This document shows positions 9,901 through 18,780 of a DNA stretch of 64,000 nucleotides, piece after piece; position 1 is the first letter of the stretch; every line of letters begins with the position of its first letter. The stretch is taken from the sequence record OZ346201.1, one strand, 5' to 3'. The translations under genes were made by a program, and so were the position numbers. Source of the stretch: a phage. The notes beneath the pieces were generated by a model. The model saw nothing but the letters and a program-made list of their open reading frames with translations, did not search any database and was not told where the DNA came from.

Positions 9901-12547
9901 ATCCATGTCCATGCAAATTCCGGTAACAAACGGATACAAACGTGTTGTGATGATCATTAAGTGCGACCTGATAGGTAAACAAGTTCTTGCAGAAAACGGG
10001 ACATCCACACATCCTTTTGAGATCGCTCTGCACTATCAGTTTGCTGACTCACCTTTTGCAGGGGATAAGAGAATATCTGATACAGACGCACAGCGTTGTA
10101 AGAAAGTATTGTTGGGTGCAGGTTGGTGGTGGTATGAGTTTGATTTAACAGACAAATTCACCGACACGTCTAAAGTTGTAACAGGACTTCGTCTAGACCT
10201 TGGCGAGAACATGCACAAAGCTGTTTGTGATGGCACCTATGGTGACCCTACAATATACCTAAAATATGTTTCTTTTGAGCATCCGGAAGATGTTGTCTAC
10301 GGTCCAAAACTGAGATTGTTTGGCAGCTGGATTGCAAAAGATAGGGTAGGCATGGGTAAGAAGGTAAGAGGGCTCTTGGTTGATGCAGGAACAGAAGACA
10401 TGCTGGTTAATGCAGTGTGGCCTGAATTACCTGGGACTCAGTGGGACAACTCAGCCAAATCTATAAACTGGTTTAACATTCATAGGGCCATGTGGACCAC
10501 TAACTGCTACTTGTGGAGAGAGCTTAACGATCAGGCCTTTGGATTCAGCGATGGTAGAAGGATGGCGATCATTTGCTGGACAACACTGCAAAGATGTTAT
10601 GACCATGACTATGAGATTGGGGGCAGGGCATGGAAAAATATCAGGGATAGAATCATAACCAATTTTGCAGACGACAACGGTGGTGGAGCACATAACTTTG
10701 GCACAAGCCGACTCATCCATTTGAACGGATCCTCAGCCTACAAGAAAGAAGGTTACTCTGGGTCTATGATCGAGTGGGGTCTGGTGAAAGATGCTCGCGT
10801 ATTGATGGGCCAGCAACTTGCTGCCGCAATAGGTCCCAGCGCAGTGCAGTCGGTTAAACCAGCGTGGTTCGATATTCCATTGTGGTCACCCGGAACACCG
10901 GGAACTGCTGCAATCAACCCTACCACTGGGGATCTAGAAATCTCCTGGGAGGACTTGAAGCAGGTCGGTGGTTGGGACAAAACAGGGTACCAGGTTCAGT
11001 GGTGGAGAGCTGATGGATCTTTAGCTGCTGATGAGTTTGTTAAGGACAATTTCTACACTATGTCCTCTGCAAAAGCACAGCAATTATTTGGTCAGGCAAC
11101 TCCGTCAACGATCACCATGTCTATGTGCTGTAAAGACAACAGGACTGGAGCTTTGGGGCCAAGGGTTGCTAAAGTTTTCTCAGGTATTAAATGGAATCTA
11201 CCTGTCCAAAGTATTTCATGGAAGCAAATAGGTGATAACAAGCTGCTGGTTACCCCTGCCTGTCAGTTCAACGCAACTCTTAACGTTGATCCTGCTGTTG
11301 CGGCAAACTCAGCTAAAGCTTCTGACTTCTCTGTGTCTAACACTGCTATGGCAGATGTGAGGAAGATTGACACGCTGAACGCCAGAATTACCTGTAAAAA
11401 CACTTATGGCACATTCCAGATCATCAACAACTTCACAGATGCTGATTCTAAGGTAGTGAGGACAGCAAGCCAGACTTTGAGTTTAGGAACTCTGGCCTAT
11501 GCGGCCCTAATCACTGAACAGTCGGCAACACTCCAAGGAGGTGGTGTAGGCAAGTCCATTACAACACCTGTGTGGAAGCCAAATGAGTGGGTTGTGTTTG
11601 ATTTGACTGTGGACTTCTCCAGCGATAATAACTGGACATGGGTAAGGAATTGTTTGTCACAGTTGATGGGCGGTCCAAGCTCCGTTAGTGATAGTCACGA
11701 CTCTACTGACCCGAGTGTGTTCCAGGTAGGTAAAACTCACCCAGAGACTGGAGAAACGTTGCCTGACAGGAAGTATGCTTTGGTTTGCATCTCTTACGGG
11801 AAGGCAGATGTCACCTTCTCAGGGACACACACTTATAACGGAACCTACAACTTCTCAAGGAAGTATAGTCTCAAAGCAGGGAACATTATAGACGAGGTTG
11901 GTGTGCTGTATAATCCGGGCAACGGCATAGGGATTGTTGGTGGTAAACTGCAGATGCAGGAACCTTCTATTACCCCTTCCAACGTATCCGGGATTAGAAA
12001 GACTTGGGAAAGTAGTAATACCAACATTGCAACAGTGGATGCCACCACAGGACTGGTAACATTTAAAGCTACTGGGAATGTCACCATAAAGTTTGTAGTT
12101 ACAGATGATGCAGGGCGCAAAACGTCTTCAACATCTTTTACTGTCAAACAGATGGCACCACAGTGGAGAATGTGGATAGGTACAGCAACAAACGGGGCAT
12201 ACCCTAATCCGGCAGGTACTTCTGGTATGAAGACTTTCTCTACAAGCAAACCGATGGAGTACGGCAGCGGTCCTAAGGTAGGGCAGATGGTGTACTTTGG
12301 TGCGTATATTCCTGAAATTATAGGGCTTCCGAGAAGTCAGCTTCAGTTGCTGTTTGGGGCTGGTGTTGACGATCTTGCCACTTTCGGGTATAGCGACAAC
12401 ATCGAGGCTGCAAGGAGTTCAGGATGGGTAGGGTTCAGAATGGAGTCTGGAAAGGAAGGCAGGATTCTAGGGACAGCCTCTATAGGTGTTATGTTCCCTG
12501 GTGACCAGCAGTATCGTCTAGAAGCCTACGCAACCTTTTCTCGTTAA
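6911..12547 (+). CDS. large tail fibre / receptor-binding structural protein with Ig-like domain
   Basis: 1878-aa ORF; C-terminal region has a bacterial Ig-like (Big_2-type) stretch (..IATVDATTGLVTFKATGNVTIKFVVTDDAGR..); no polymerase motifs. Confidence 0.7.
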   Translation: MLPIPLLKLGRHFLDKRGGIKELAVLSYPIDNSDGTSNTVSYVNSLAILFDDGQLNITGYNKFGECRTGDRNPINYPSETAWNVDHVWRADRAFVIRTFDNQFFYIGCTAGLIGSTAAGGNDVCVNEWTPLPEQIVKGLHLDTHPERLIEVMGGINNTVWVIAEAEGTGILKLYGSGNNTYGSLHVDKNQHATPVKIGETSENPETGPWKNPSINCEVHDNSVIFGGPRGFWIAGYDFLRNNSRNDLVWPPVQITRNDLRGIPADEEWKGFMCGPNGAIIATQRMHKPNDQQLVNVFYGQDVWGDDTWRSLNITYTHEVIMARGYGTSGIFFNNGTKQYRGFSRNLCNDIGAQSANNSPRANFIHYQALATAKYVEQRLPVSWTESVYFQGIHREGFLGTFTVVNGKLWWSGIPRGSFAGSNNLFGGRLNSQGFTEIPENWYKNVPVDSWGIEDIFDVNGVSNVSNIYIGDTVKMKLKPQPEGATFIIDKIELVNAAGTVVTDANYQFSTNWNHGGANEVVVTQYNRNINRRGLYSIKITYHDKHGTGRTYTTRTLNWNTIVPAYPSNGKWHTVGRNKQFHVNDTVYFGLNGTQPAVEGDTSYMVRLHRMDAGSVTYDVTQEIYDQRRATYDNIVKTQALWEFNPNGKGGKMLQVNEQNGTSLTVHEHPDPWPDPGKPRPGARTLKIVSHDAGYFGIRWEATVRYVDGTTNNIGITLGGTSEDNSLKIAYTPRGISIDSMDVVRNGYGDVNVKVTLGEHLGGERIIMYTFDHDPRTNGTYANQAWSYLINAPEPNTKEFYYGMKRDVCKKTGTHDWIAICVKDERTAWDEPVNRWFIGIPTRSDKYVAEYIVCMGGTNLNMCWNEDVNKYSDYDYMRDYSCNLWFNQTTGYPPRQARVNPAIFTDTQVFLTKQANEVQTFKNKYAPNKWFYNCYGAFFWGPGELPGGGSCLNEATYASDYIMGQVKKYKIIPGPETLGNAVDPYIIMTALRSNMDGTSMSMQIPVTNGYKRVVMIIKCDLIGKQVLAENGTSTHPFEIALHYQFADSPFAGDKRISDTDAQRCKKVLLGAGWWWYEFDLTDKFTDTSKVVTGLRLDLGENMHKAVCDGTYGDPTIYLKYVSFEHPEDVVYGPKLRLFGSWIAKDRVGMGKKVRGLLVDAGTEDMLVNAVWPELPGTQWDNSAKSINWFNIHRAMWTTNCYLWRELNDQAFGFSDGRRMAIICWTTLQRCYDHDYEIGGRAWKNIRDRIITNFADDNGGGAHNFGTSRLIHLNGSSAYKKEGYSGSMIEWGLVKDARVLMGQQLAAAIGPSAVQSVKPAWFDIPLWSPGTPGTAAINPTTGDLEISWEDLKQVGGWDKTGYQVQWWRADGSLAADEFVKDNFYTMSSAKAQQLFGQATPSTITMSMCCKDNRTGALGPRVAKVFSGIKWNLPVQSISWKQIGDNKLLVTPACQFNATLNVDPAVAANSAKASDFSVSNTAMADVRKIDTLNARITCKNTYGTFQIINNFTDADSKVVRTASQTLSLGTLAYAALITEQSATLQGGGVGKSITTPVWKPNEWVVFDLTVDFSSDNNWTWVRNCLSQLMGGPSSVSDSHDSTDPSVFQVGKTHPETGETLPDRKYALVCISYGKADVTFSGTHTYNGTYNFSRKYSLKAGNIIDEVGVLYNPGNGIGIVGGKLQMQEPSITPSNVSGIRKTWESSNTNIATVDATTGLVTFKATGNVTIKFVVTDDAGRKTSSTSFTVKQMAPQWRMWIGTATNGAYPNPAGTSGMKTFSTSKPMEYGSGPKVGQMVYFGAYIPEIIGLPRSQLQLLFGAGVDDLATFGYSDNIEAARSSGWVGFRMESGKEGRILGTASIGVMFPGDQQYRLEAYATFSR

Positions 12548-12560
12548 CAAGGGGGTAAAT

Positions 12561-12590
12561 AAAAAGGGGCCAAACGGCCCCTTTCTTTTT
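12561..12590. terminator. bidirectional rho-independent terminator between convergent genes
   Basis: AGGGGCC-AAAC-GGCCCCT hairpin flanked by A-run and TTTCTTTTT. Confidence 0.85.
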
Positions 12591-12594
12591 ATAG

Positions 12595-12795
12595 TTAGTA
12601 ATACTCCCAACATGCCCCATCTTCAGACGGCTTGACGCGCTTACCTTTATGGTCAACATAGGTATAGCCACAACCTTCACAAATAACAGGTGCTGCATAG
12701 CCTTCCTTCCACTGATCCTCAGTGATCAATCCTTTCAGATCTCCGCAGTCACGACCAAACAACTCTTCAGAACAGTCTTTACAAAAATCAGCCAT
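12595..12795 (-). CDS. small Cys-rich zinc-ribbon-like protein
   Basis: 66 aa with CxxC ... CxxC pairs. Confidence 0.55.
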   Translation of the reverse strand: MADFCKDCSEELFGRDCGDLKGLITEDQWKEGYAAPVICEGCGYTYVDHKGKRVKPSEDGACWEYY

Positions 12796-12864
12796 CTCTA
12801 TCAGTCTCCATATTTAACCAATCTATATTACATATTGCCGAAGAAACAGTATTTCATTTCATCA

Positions 12865-13083
12865 TCACAGATCTCCAACAACTTCCCAAATACCCCAGTG
12901 AGCATCTATATCCTTGATAAAGTATCTTTCTCCACGGTTTGTCCACACACCTATCCCAACTTTACCATCTATCCCATTGTATACATCTGCCTCATACTCT
13001 TTGCCCGGTGTAAAGTGTACACCCATCATAAGGGCTGTTATTCCATTAGGATTTTTAAATTTAACAAATTTTACTTTGCTCAT
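12865..13083 (-). CDS. hypothetical protein
   Basis: 72-aa ORF in leftward block, tight spacing to neighbours. Confidence 0.5.
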   Translation of the reverse strand: MSKVKFVKFKNPNGITALMMGVHFTPGKEYEADVYNGIDGKVGIGVWTNRGERYFIKDIDAHWGIWEVVGDL

Positions 13084-13084
13084 A

Positions 13085-13414
13085 TTACTTAATCCTTGCA
13101 GTTACAGTAGCGCTATACCCCATGTAGTTATGAGACATAAAGAATGTAAGCCCTTTAAGTTCAGGATTCTTTCTAAGAAATCGTTTCAATTTTCGAATGC
13201 AATTAACACCATGATCATAGTTTGAGAAATTAAATTTAATACCCTGCTCCATCATAGTGCACACTTCTCCATGGGTATGCCATTGTCTATCGTGGTCACA
13301 AAACCAGTAACCAATACCTTCTTTTTCTTGGATATGCAATCCCCAAAATACTTTATGCATTGGATATTTTGGTTTTCTACCATGATAATGTAGTTTAATA
13401 TTCACATGTGCCAT
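13085..13414 (-). CDS. hypothetical His/Cys-rich protein
   Basis: 109-aa ORF; multiple His and Cys residues. Confidence 0.5.
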   Translation of the reverse strand: MAHVNIKLHYHGRKPKYPMHKVFWGLHIQEKEGIGYWFCDHDRQWHTHGEVCTMMEQGIKFNFSNYDHGVNCIRKLKRFLRKNPELKGLTFFMSHNYMGYSATVTARIK

Positions 13415-13583
13415 TTTTTTGTTACTCCGTTCTGTATCTGTGATAATGAGAATAGCAAACTGGGGTGTGTGCTGTCAACAACATTTTTAAGCGTTTTGGG
13501 GAAGTTTTTTGAAAGGTGGGTGTAATCACAAGAGAGGGTGGAGTTATTGAAGGCACAGGCCTCTTTTGAGGCCTTAAAATCGA

Positions 13584-13964
13584 TTATGACACTTTGACGT
13601 AGCGCTCTGACAGAGCTGGAAAGCCAAAAGCAGTACCTATACTACCGTATGCTACCCACCATTGAAGTTCATCGTGACACCATTTTCCGATCAGGAAGGT
13701 GCTGGAGTAGCGGGTCAGTATTTTGGCATAAGCTTTAGGGTCTGCATCTTCTGGGATAATGATACTTGGAACATCTTTGTTATGGCCACAGCAGCAGTTT
13801 AGAGTTTTCAATCCTGCCGCCCATAGACTCATGATAGGCTTAGCCATGCACTTATCAAGGCACACACGTTTTTTGCCGTCACGGAGCTTTTTAGGCACAT
13901 CAACGATAACATTTTGATGCTTGGCACCTTTCACTTTCCAATTATAGGATTTACACTTGCACAT
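13584..13964 (-). CDS. hypothetical Cys-rich protein
   Basis: 126 aa; CKCK...CxxxC...CCCGH cysteine clusters. Confidence 0.5.
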   Translation of the reverse strand: MCKCKSYNWKVKGAKHQNVIVDVPKKLRDGKKRVCLDKCMAKPIMSLWAAGLKTLNCCCGHNKDVPSIIIPEDADPKAYAKILTRYSSTFLIGKWCHDELQWWVAYGSIGTAFGFPALSERYVKVS

Positions 13965-13994
13965 TTAATCAGTCTCCATCTAGAAAGCAATACT

Positions 13995-14165
13995 TTACTT
14001 AAAATCTTTGTCACCTATTACGATTGCACGAATCCACTCATTGTGATGTTCAATGGCGGTAAGGTGTAACATAATGCAGTGATTGTCATTACCAAACACG
14101 GTGCGGTAAGCTTTAGCAGCACCATGATATAACTTCCACATCAGGTAATGATATCTTCGCCTCAT
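13995..14165 (-). CDS. small hypothetical protein (56 aa)
   Basis: ATG overlaps stop of upstream gene (ATGA); below the ORF-track length cut-off. Confidence 0.3.
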   Translation of the reverse strand: MRRRYHYLMWKLYHGAAKAYRTVFGNDNHCIMLHLTAIEHHNEWIRAIVIGDKDFK

Positions 14166-14641
14166 GGCTCTTTCTCCGGTTCAGGATCTGGGTAATCTTC
14201 AATAATAAAGGGCCATCCGTTCCGCTTAGCCTCAGACTTGTACTCAATCTCCTTCATTGCAAACTCTAACTGATTTTTAGCCGGAATACATGCCGGAGAA
14301 TCATCAACCCAGATATCTGGGTAGATATCAAACTGCGCCAGGTAGGATGCCTTCTGAACACCGCCAGTATAAAACACACCAACATCGAGCTCCTTGCGCC
14401 AATACTCAATGTCCACATTGTCTTGAGTAATGAATCGGAAAGTCACAAGGTATACTGTCCACCCCTCCTTCTTCAGGTCCCTGATCAGGCGGGAGAAGAT
14501 GAACGGACTCGCATTGAACGTTCCATCAAAGTCAATGGCAATGATGTGTGTGCCGTGGCGAGTCTCATATGGATTGCTTGTGGTAAGATTGCTGTAGTTA
14601 AAAGGAACTTCTTCCCCGCAGTAGCTGTAGTCCATATTCAC
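14162..14641 (-). CDS. HAD-superfamily phosphatase (nucleotidase-like)
   Basis: Motif I IAIDFDGTF (DxDGT) and C-terminal acidic WVDDSP motif. Confidence 0.7.
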   Translation of the reverse strand: MNMDYSYCGEEVPFNYSNLTTSNPYETRHGTHIIAIDFDGTFNASPFIFSRLIRDLKKEGWTVYLVTFRFITQDNVDIEYWRKELDVGVFYTGGVQKASYLAQFDIYPDIWVDDSPACIPAKNQLEFAMKEIEYKSEAKRNGWPFIIEDYPDPEPEKEP

Positions 14642-14913
14642 ACCTTCTCGTTGATAAATTTACGGGCGGTTTGGTGAGTTGTTTCTGCTGTCTTCAGAAT
14701 GATATTAATTTTATTGTCAAGATCATTCATCTCTGCAGTTAATTCAGGAATCTCTCCGGCATGCATAGTGAAATCATACATAGACATGCCCAGAATCTCA
14801 TTGATGCGGCGGTTGCATTCTGCAGCACGCTGGTTCATTTTCCAAGCTAACACCAAAGCCTCCTGCGTAGCCTCTAGTGCAAAATCTAATACATCGGCCT
14901 CTTCTTTCGTCAT
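14638..14913 (-). CDS. hypothetical protein
   Basis: 91-aa ORF, stop/start overlap with neighbour. Confidence 0.5.
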   Translation of the reverse strand: MTKEEADVLDFALEATQEALVLAWKMNQRAAECNRRINEILGMSMYDFTMHAGEIPELTAEMNDLDNKINIILKTAETTHQTARKFINEKV

Positions 14914-14968
14914 CTCAGTCTCTCCTGTTGTATTGTTGGTAGGTGCATGAACACCTTATATCTCACTT

Positions 14969-15535
14969 TTATTCAAACTGCAATAGTAAGTCCACCACCG
15001 CGCTAGGTCTGTCAACAAATTCCCCAGGTCCACATGCCCACAGAGGGTATCCGTCTACATACCGCCAAATCCAACCTGCAGTGTGGAGTTCGAGCAGGGC
15101 AGTACCGTCCTTACTGTCAACCACTCTTTCCCACAGTGTTGGGCAGCGAAGCTTGAGAATCGGATCACCTCCCTTATACCCGTCCATGTAGATACCCATT
15201 GCAAAGTTCAGCATCATCTTTTTGTGCACTGATCTCTTACTGAGGGTGCTCATCACTTCCTCTTTGTGAATGTTTGTAAGCTTCTCTTTGGCTACCCGCA
15301 GATCGTTGCAACCATTGTTCAGCAGATCTTCCAGACACTTGATCCGGAGGTCGTGAATGTCTTTGTCGTGTACCGTTGGCACAGGGTCGTAGCGGTATAG
15401 CACTGTTGATACAAGGTTGCTCGGGTGTGGGTCTGACAGCAACCCATAACCCCAATACTCTTCTGTATCTGAAAGGACAAGACACCCAATGTCTCTGTCA
15501 AGCTTTCCTGTGTTGTAAGCCACATTGACCGCCAT
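14969..15535 (-). CDS. hypothetical protein
   Basis: 188-aa ORF. Confidence 0.55.
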   Translation of the reverse strand: MAVNVAYNTGKLDRDIGCLVLSDTEEYWGYGLLSDPHPSNLVSTVLYRYDPVPTVHDKDIHDLRIKCLEDLLNNGCNDLRVAKEKLTNIHKEEVMSTLSKRSVHKKMMLNFAMGIYMDGYKGGDPILKLRCPTLWERVVDSKDGTALLELHTAGWIWRYVDGYPLWACGPGEFVDRPSAVVDLLLQFE

Positions 15536-15537
15536 GA

Positions 15538-15783
15538 CTATAGCTCCACTAGCAAAGTGCTTTCAAAGTGCCGTTCATGCAGACCGTTGTAAGGGACCAC
15601 TTCCACAACACCATCACGGACATACGGGGCCATCATAGTGGTATAATCTCCAAACGGGTTGGTATTGTCACTAACCACAACCACCTTCTGCCCTTCCTTG
15701 GCAGAGTGCCAAATAGATCTACACTTCATCAGGTGTTCGAGAGCTCCAGGTAAAATTTTGTTACGTTCTTTACGGGTCTTCAT
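15538..15783 (-). CDS. hypothetical protein
   Basis: 81-aa ORF, overlapping stop/start with next gene. Confidence 0.5.
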   Translation of the reverse strand: MKTRKERNKILPGALEHLMKCRSIWHSAKEGQKVVVVSDNTNPFGDYTTMMAPYVRDGVVEVVPYNGLHERHFESTLLVEL

Positions 15784-16229
15784 AACAGATATAGCTCCTT
15801 ATGAAAGTGGTCTTTTAATTTCTCACTGAGAAACTTCTTGATACCTTCCTCTAAAGTGTTTTCGATGTAGTCCAGCTTAACTGCTTCGATGGACATATCA
15901 TAGATTGCCAGCTCTAAGCTGTCAAGTCCCATCATAGCATGAACCATAAGATTTTCATCTTCAGATACATTCAGGGGACTTCCTATAACATCTGGAGGCA
16001 GAATAGTTTCCCAATTATTCTGGGTGGTAGTTCTCCCGCCATCTACTTTACGGCGCAGTTCGAATGTGTTCTTAGTGTAGAACACTTCATAAGAAACGAT
16101 ACGACTGTCACTCTCATAATAAACGAAGTTCAGGTAGGAGCCTAGCCGCAGTCGGCAAACTTCCACCCCAAACCATTGTTTCTTATAAGAATTCAGGCTA
16201 ATGCTGTCGCATTCACGTTTGCTCAACAC
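15780..16229 (-). CDS. hypothetical protein
   Basis: 149-aa ORF with GTG start. Confidence 0.5.
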   Translation of the reverse strand: MLSKRECDSISLNSYKKQWFGVEVCRLRLGSYLNFVYYESDSRIVSYEVFYTKNTFELRRKVDGGRTTTQNNWETILPPDVIGSPLNVSEDENLMVHAMMGLDSLELAIYDMSIEAVKLDYIENTLEEGIKKFLSEKLKDHFHKELYLL

Positions 16230-16245
16230 GGCTATCTCCTTTTTG

Positions 16246-16480
16246 TTAATCTTCGTAAATCAGGATTTCTGCTTTAGGTTTTCGTGCTTTCAGGTCCAGC
16301 TCTATCCAGTGCACCATAGCTGTTTCAAGAAAAACAGCTTGGATGCATCCGTCCTCAGCGTGCCCCCACCAACATAACGAGATCTTCACCTTCGTCATCT
16401 GCATCACGAACATAAAGAATCTCTCCAGATTCGAAGTCTTTCACAACCTGATTGCTAGATAATTTTCGAATTTTTGCCAT
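16246..16480 (-). pseudogene. fourth member of the 87-aa tandem paralog family, split by a frameshift
   Basis: ATG at 16480 gives MAKIRKLSSNQVVKDFESGEILYVRDADDEGEDLVMLVGAR*; the next frame continues ..AEDGCIQAVFLETAMVHWIELDLKARKPKAEILIYED*, matching the family C-terminus (TE-[LM]-D..I.ILGE); break is at a C5/G5 run near 16363-16367. Confidence 0.45.
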
Positions 16481-16481
16481 A

Positions 16482-16745
16482 TCAGAAACCCTCTAAAAAG
16501 CTCTTGTAGAAAACAATCTCAGTATCCACACCAGTCACAATCTTGTCGTTCCTGATTTCATCGGTAAGATAGGTGTCAAAACGCAGAACCTGTGTGGTGT
16601 TGTCACACATCCACTCAGCTGTGACCATTGCGAAAATCTTAGCATCTTCATTATCTGGTGTGAATGTTACCACCTCACCGCACTTAAACTTTTCGATAGG
16701 CTGAGTGTTAGCTTTCGGTTCTGCGATAGTGATTTTTGTGGTCAT
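16482..16745 (-). CDS. small protein, tandem paralog family member
   Basis: 87 aa; same length and pattern as the two following ORFs; 1-nt stop/start overlap. Confidence 0.6.
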   Translation of the reverse strand: MTTKITIAEPKANTQPIEKFKCGEVVTFTPDNEDAKIFAMVTAEWMCDNTTQVLRFDTYLTDEIRNDKIVTGVDTEIVFYKSFLEGF

Positions 16746-17008
16746 TATTCTCCTCCTTCTTTTGAATAGCTTGTCTCTCCAAGGATGGTAATTTTGGTGT
16801 CAAGCTCTGTAACTTTCATGTTTGGCGGCAGATCGTACAACTCATTATTTTCTAAATCGAACCCCCACACACAATGTTCTCCTGTTTTGACAATCATAAC
16901 TATGTTTTGAATGCCGTCTCCGTCGCAACTTACCACGGTCCCACACGGAAAACTGTCTGCACGCTTTTTGTTCTTCACCTTAGAATTGAATACAATGCTG
17001 GTAGCCAT
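16745..17008 (-). CDS. small protein, tandem paralog family member
   Basis: 87 aa; MAT.. N-terminus, G-T-VV core, TELD..ITILGE C-terminal motif. Confidence 0.6.
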   Translation of the reverse strand: MATSIVFNSKVKNKKRADSFPCGTVVSCDGDGIQNIVMIVKTGEHCVWGFDLENNELYDLPPNMKVTELDTKITILGETSYSKEGGE

Positions 17009-17271
17009 TATTGTTCCTCCACCATAACTTCGCCAAGAATTTCTATGCAGGCATCCATTTCTGTAACAACCAAACTGTGAGGTAGTTCTACAAACACCTT
17101 TCTGAACAGGTCAAATACCCCAACATATATGTTTGCAGGATGTGATTTTACAACAAGTGCTGTATTCACATCCCCAAGTTCATCAACAAACATCACCACA
17201 GTGCCCGGAGCTACTGAGGACAGATACTTCTTAGTTTTACGGTTTGATGCAAATTTTAACTCTGTTGCCAT
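17008..17271 (-). CDS. small protein, tandem paralog family member
   Basis: 87 aa; MATELKF.., ..TEMDACIEILGE..; head-to-tail with 16745..17008. Confidence 0.6.
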   Translation of the reverse strand: MATELKFASNRKTKKYLSSVAPGTVVMFVDELGDVNTALVVKSHPANIYVGVFDLFRKVFVELPHSLVVTEMDACIEILGEVMVEEQ

Positions 17272-17286
17272 AAATAACCTCCTCTC

Positions 17287-18768
17287 TTACTTAGCGTACT
17301 CGATTAATTCCACAGTTTTCCCAAAGCTCGGGATATAATTTTTATTATACCCCTCAGTGAGGACCCATAGAGTATCGTACTTTTTCCACTTGTTGTCAAC
17401 AACCTTTTGTTCAAAGTTATGCTCAAAGTATAGGTCGGTCAGGACGATGACATCTTTTGCATTAGGTATGTTGGCATCCAGATACTCGAACACGCAAGCA
17501 GCTGTTGTGCCCCATGTTGAGTGGACCTCATAGTTGATCATCTCGTCTATGTTGCCGCGAGTGTATACTTTAACCTCTCCAACCTCAGTTGACCAACAGA
17601 ACATTGTAACCTTAAACTCTTTATACAGATTGCACAATCCGGTGATTTCATTGAACATTTTCTTTAAAGTTCTTTGAGAGATCGAGCCAGAAACGTCTAA
17701 AGCCACCACAATATCTATAGTGTTTTCCGGATTACGACCAGGAACAATAACGTGCTGGTTCTTGTTTATAGCCCCAACTTTTCGCATTGTGCTGGTCAAA
17801 GACCCAGATCGGCGACCAGGTTTTCTGTAGGTCAGTTCGGCCTTTCTTTTAGACAACATACGTTGCTTAATGATGTCTATATAGTTGATTACAGGCTTAC
17901 CTCTGTTCTTGACAAACTCACGCACCGCCTCAGGGCAACGGCCTCCGGACGCTTGCATTGCTGCCTCCAGCATATCACCAGAGTCCTGCATGGCCTGATC
18001 TTTATCAGATTGGCTGATTACAGGTTGTGGCTGATCATACCCCATAGCCTTTCCAAGATTATCACTGGTGCCACCGTTCCCACTCATGTGATCATCGGTT
18101 TGTCGCTTATCACTTTGAGAGTTCTCACCTTTACCGTTCTTACTTTTACCGTTATTCTGATCTCTTTGCTTATCAAGAACTGCATAAACGTTCTCAGCAA
18201 TCCATCCATGAAACTTCATGTCGCAGTAGCAGCTGGCTAAGAAGCCAAAAGGCTTACCTTTCATGAACGTAGTGCTTTTCCCCTTCGGGAAGAAAACACA
18301 AGGAGGTTTGCTAAAGTCAACCACAAGGCCTGTGTTGATAACGTGATCACAAGCAATATTGAACAGTTCCGGCTCAAAGCTTTTACCACGGACTAGGTGA
18401 TCACAGATAATATGCCCCACCTCATGTGACAGAAGGAAGGCCACCTCTTTCACAGATTTTGGGGAATAGAAAACTTCAGCCATCTCAAACTGCTCGTCAG
18501 TTAGAGAAGCCTTAAGAATAGCCTTGCGTTCATCAGCCAATCCCATAATGAACTCAGGACTGTAATAGATGCGTTTATGGTCGGTTGCCATGGTGGAGCA
18601 CCATGTGTGGTTTTCTACGAACTGCAACCCTGACAGTAGTGTGCCATAAAACGGCAGCTTTTCAAGGAGATACATACGTGCAGCCTGCAACATTCTCAGG
18701 GCATCATCTTTCTGCGAGGCAATGATTTCTGAACTTCTGCTATCCATTAAAACTCCAGAAGGGGCCAT
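17287..18768 (-). CDS. vWA-domain protein with N-terminal HExxH metallopeptidase-like domain
   Basis: HEVGH motif (..AFLLSHEVGHIICDH..) in N-terminal half; MIDAS-like VVALDVSGSI (DxSxS) in C-terminal half. Confidence 0.75.
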   Translation of the reverse strand: MAPSGVLMDSRSSEIIASQKDDALRMLQAARMYLLEKLPFYGTLLSGLQFVENHTWCSTMATDHKRIYYSPEFIMGLADERKAILKASLTDEQFEMAEVFYSPKSVKEVAFLLSHEVGHIICDHLVRGKSFEPELFNIACDHVINTGLVVDFSKPPCVFFPKGKSTTFMKGKPFGFLASCYCDMKFHGWIAENVYAVLDKQRDQNNGKSKNGKGENSQSDKRQTDDHMSGNGGTSDNLGKAMGYDQPQPVISQSDKDQAMQDSGDMLEAAMQASGGRCPEAVREFVKNRGKPVINYIDIIKQRMLSKRKAELTYRKPGRRSGSLTSTMRKVGAINKNQHVIVPGRNPENTIDIVVALDVSGSISQRTLKKMFNEITGLCNLYKEFKVTMFCWSTEVGEVKVYTRGNIDEMINYEVHSTWGTTAACVFEYLDANIPNAKDVIVLTDLYFEHNFEQKVVDNKWKKYDTLWVLTEGYNKNYIPSFGKTVELIEYAK

Positions 18769-18780
18769 TGGCCCCTGTCA

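Noticed and set aside
6989-12249. Many antisense ORFs of 60-200 aa inside the 1878-aa fibre gene (for example 6989..7342, 8141..8734, 8750..9352, 11845..12249 on the minus strand)
   Set aside because: They lie wholly inside a long ORF with recognisable domain content, lack ribosome-binding sites and have low-complexity composition; treated as frame shadows.
12649-13225. Plus-strand ORFs 12649..13092 and 12914..13225
   Set aside because: Low-complexity sequence running antisense to tightly packed minus-strand genes that have proper start contexts and end at the bidirectional terminator.
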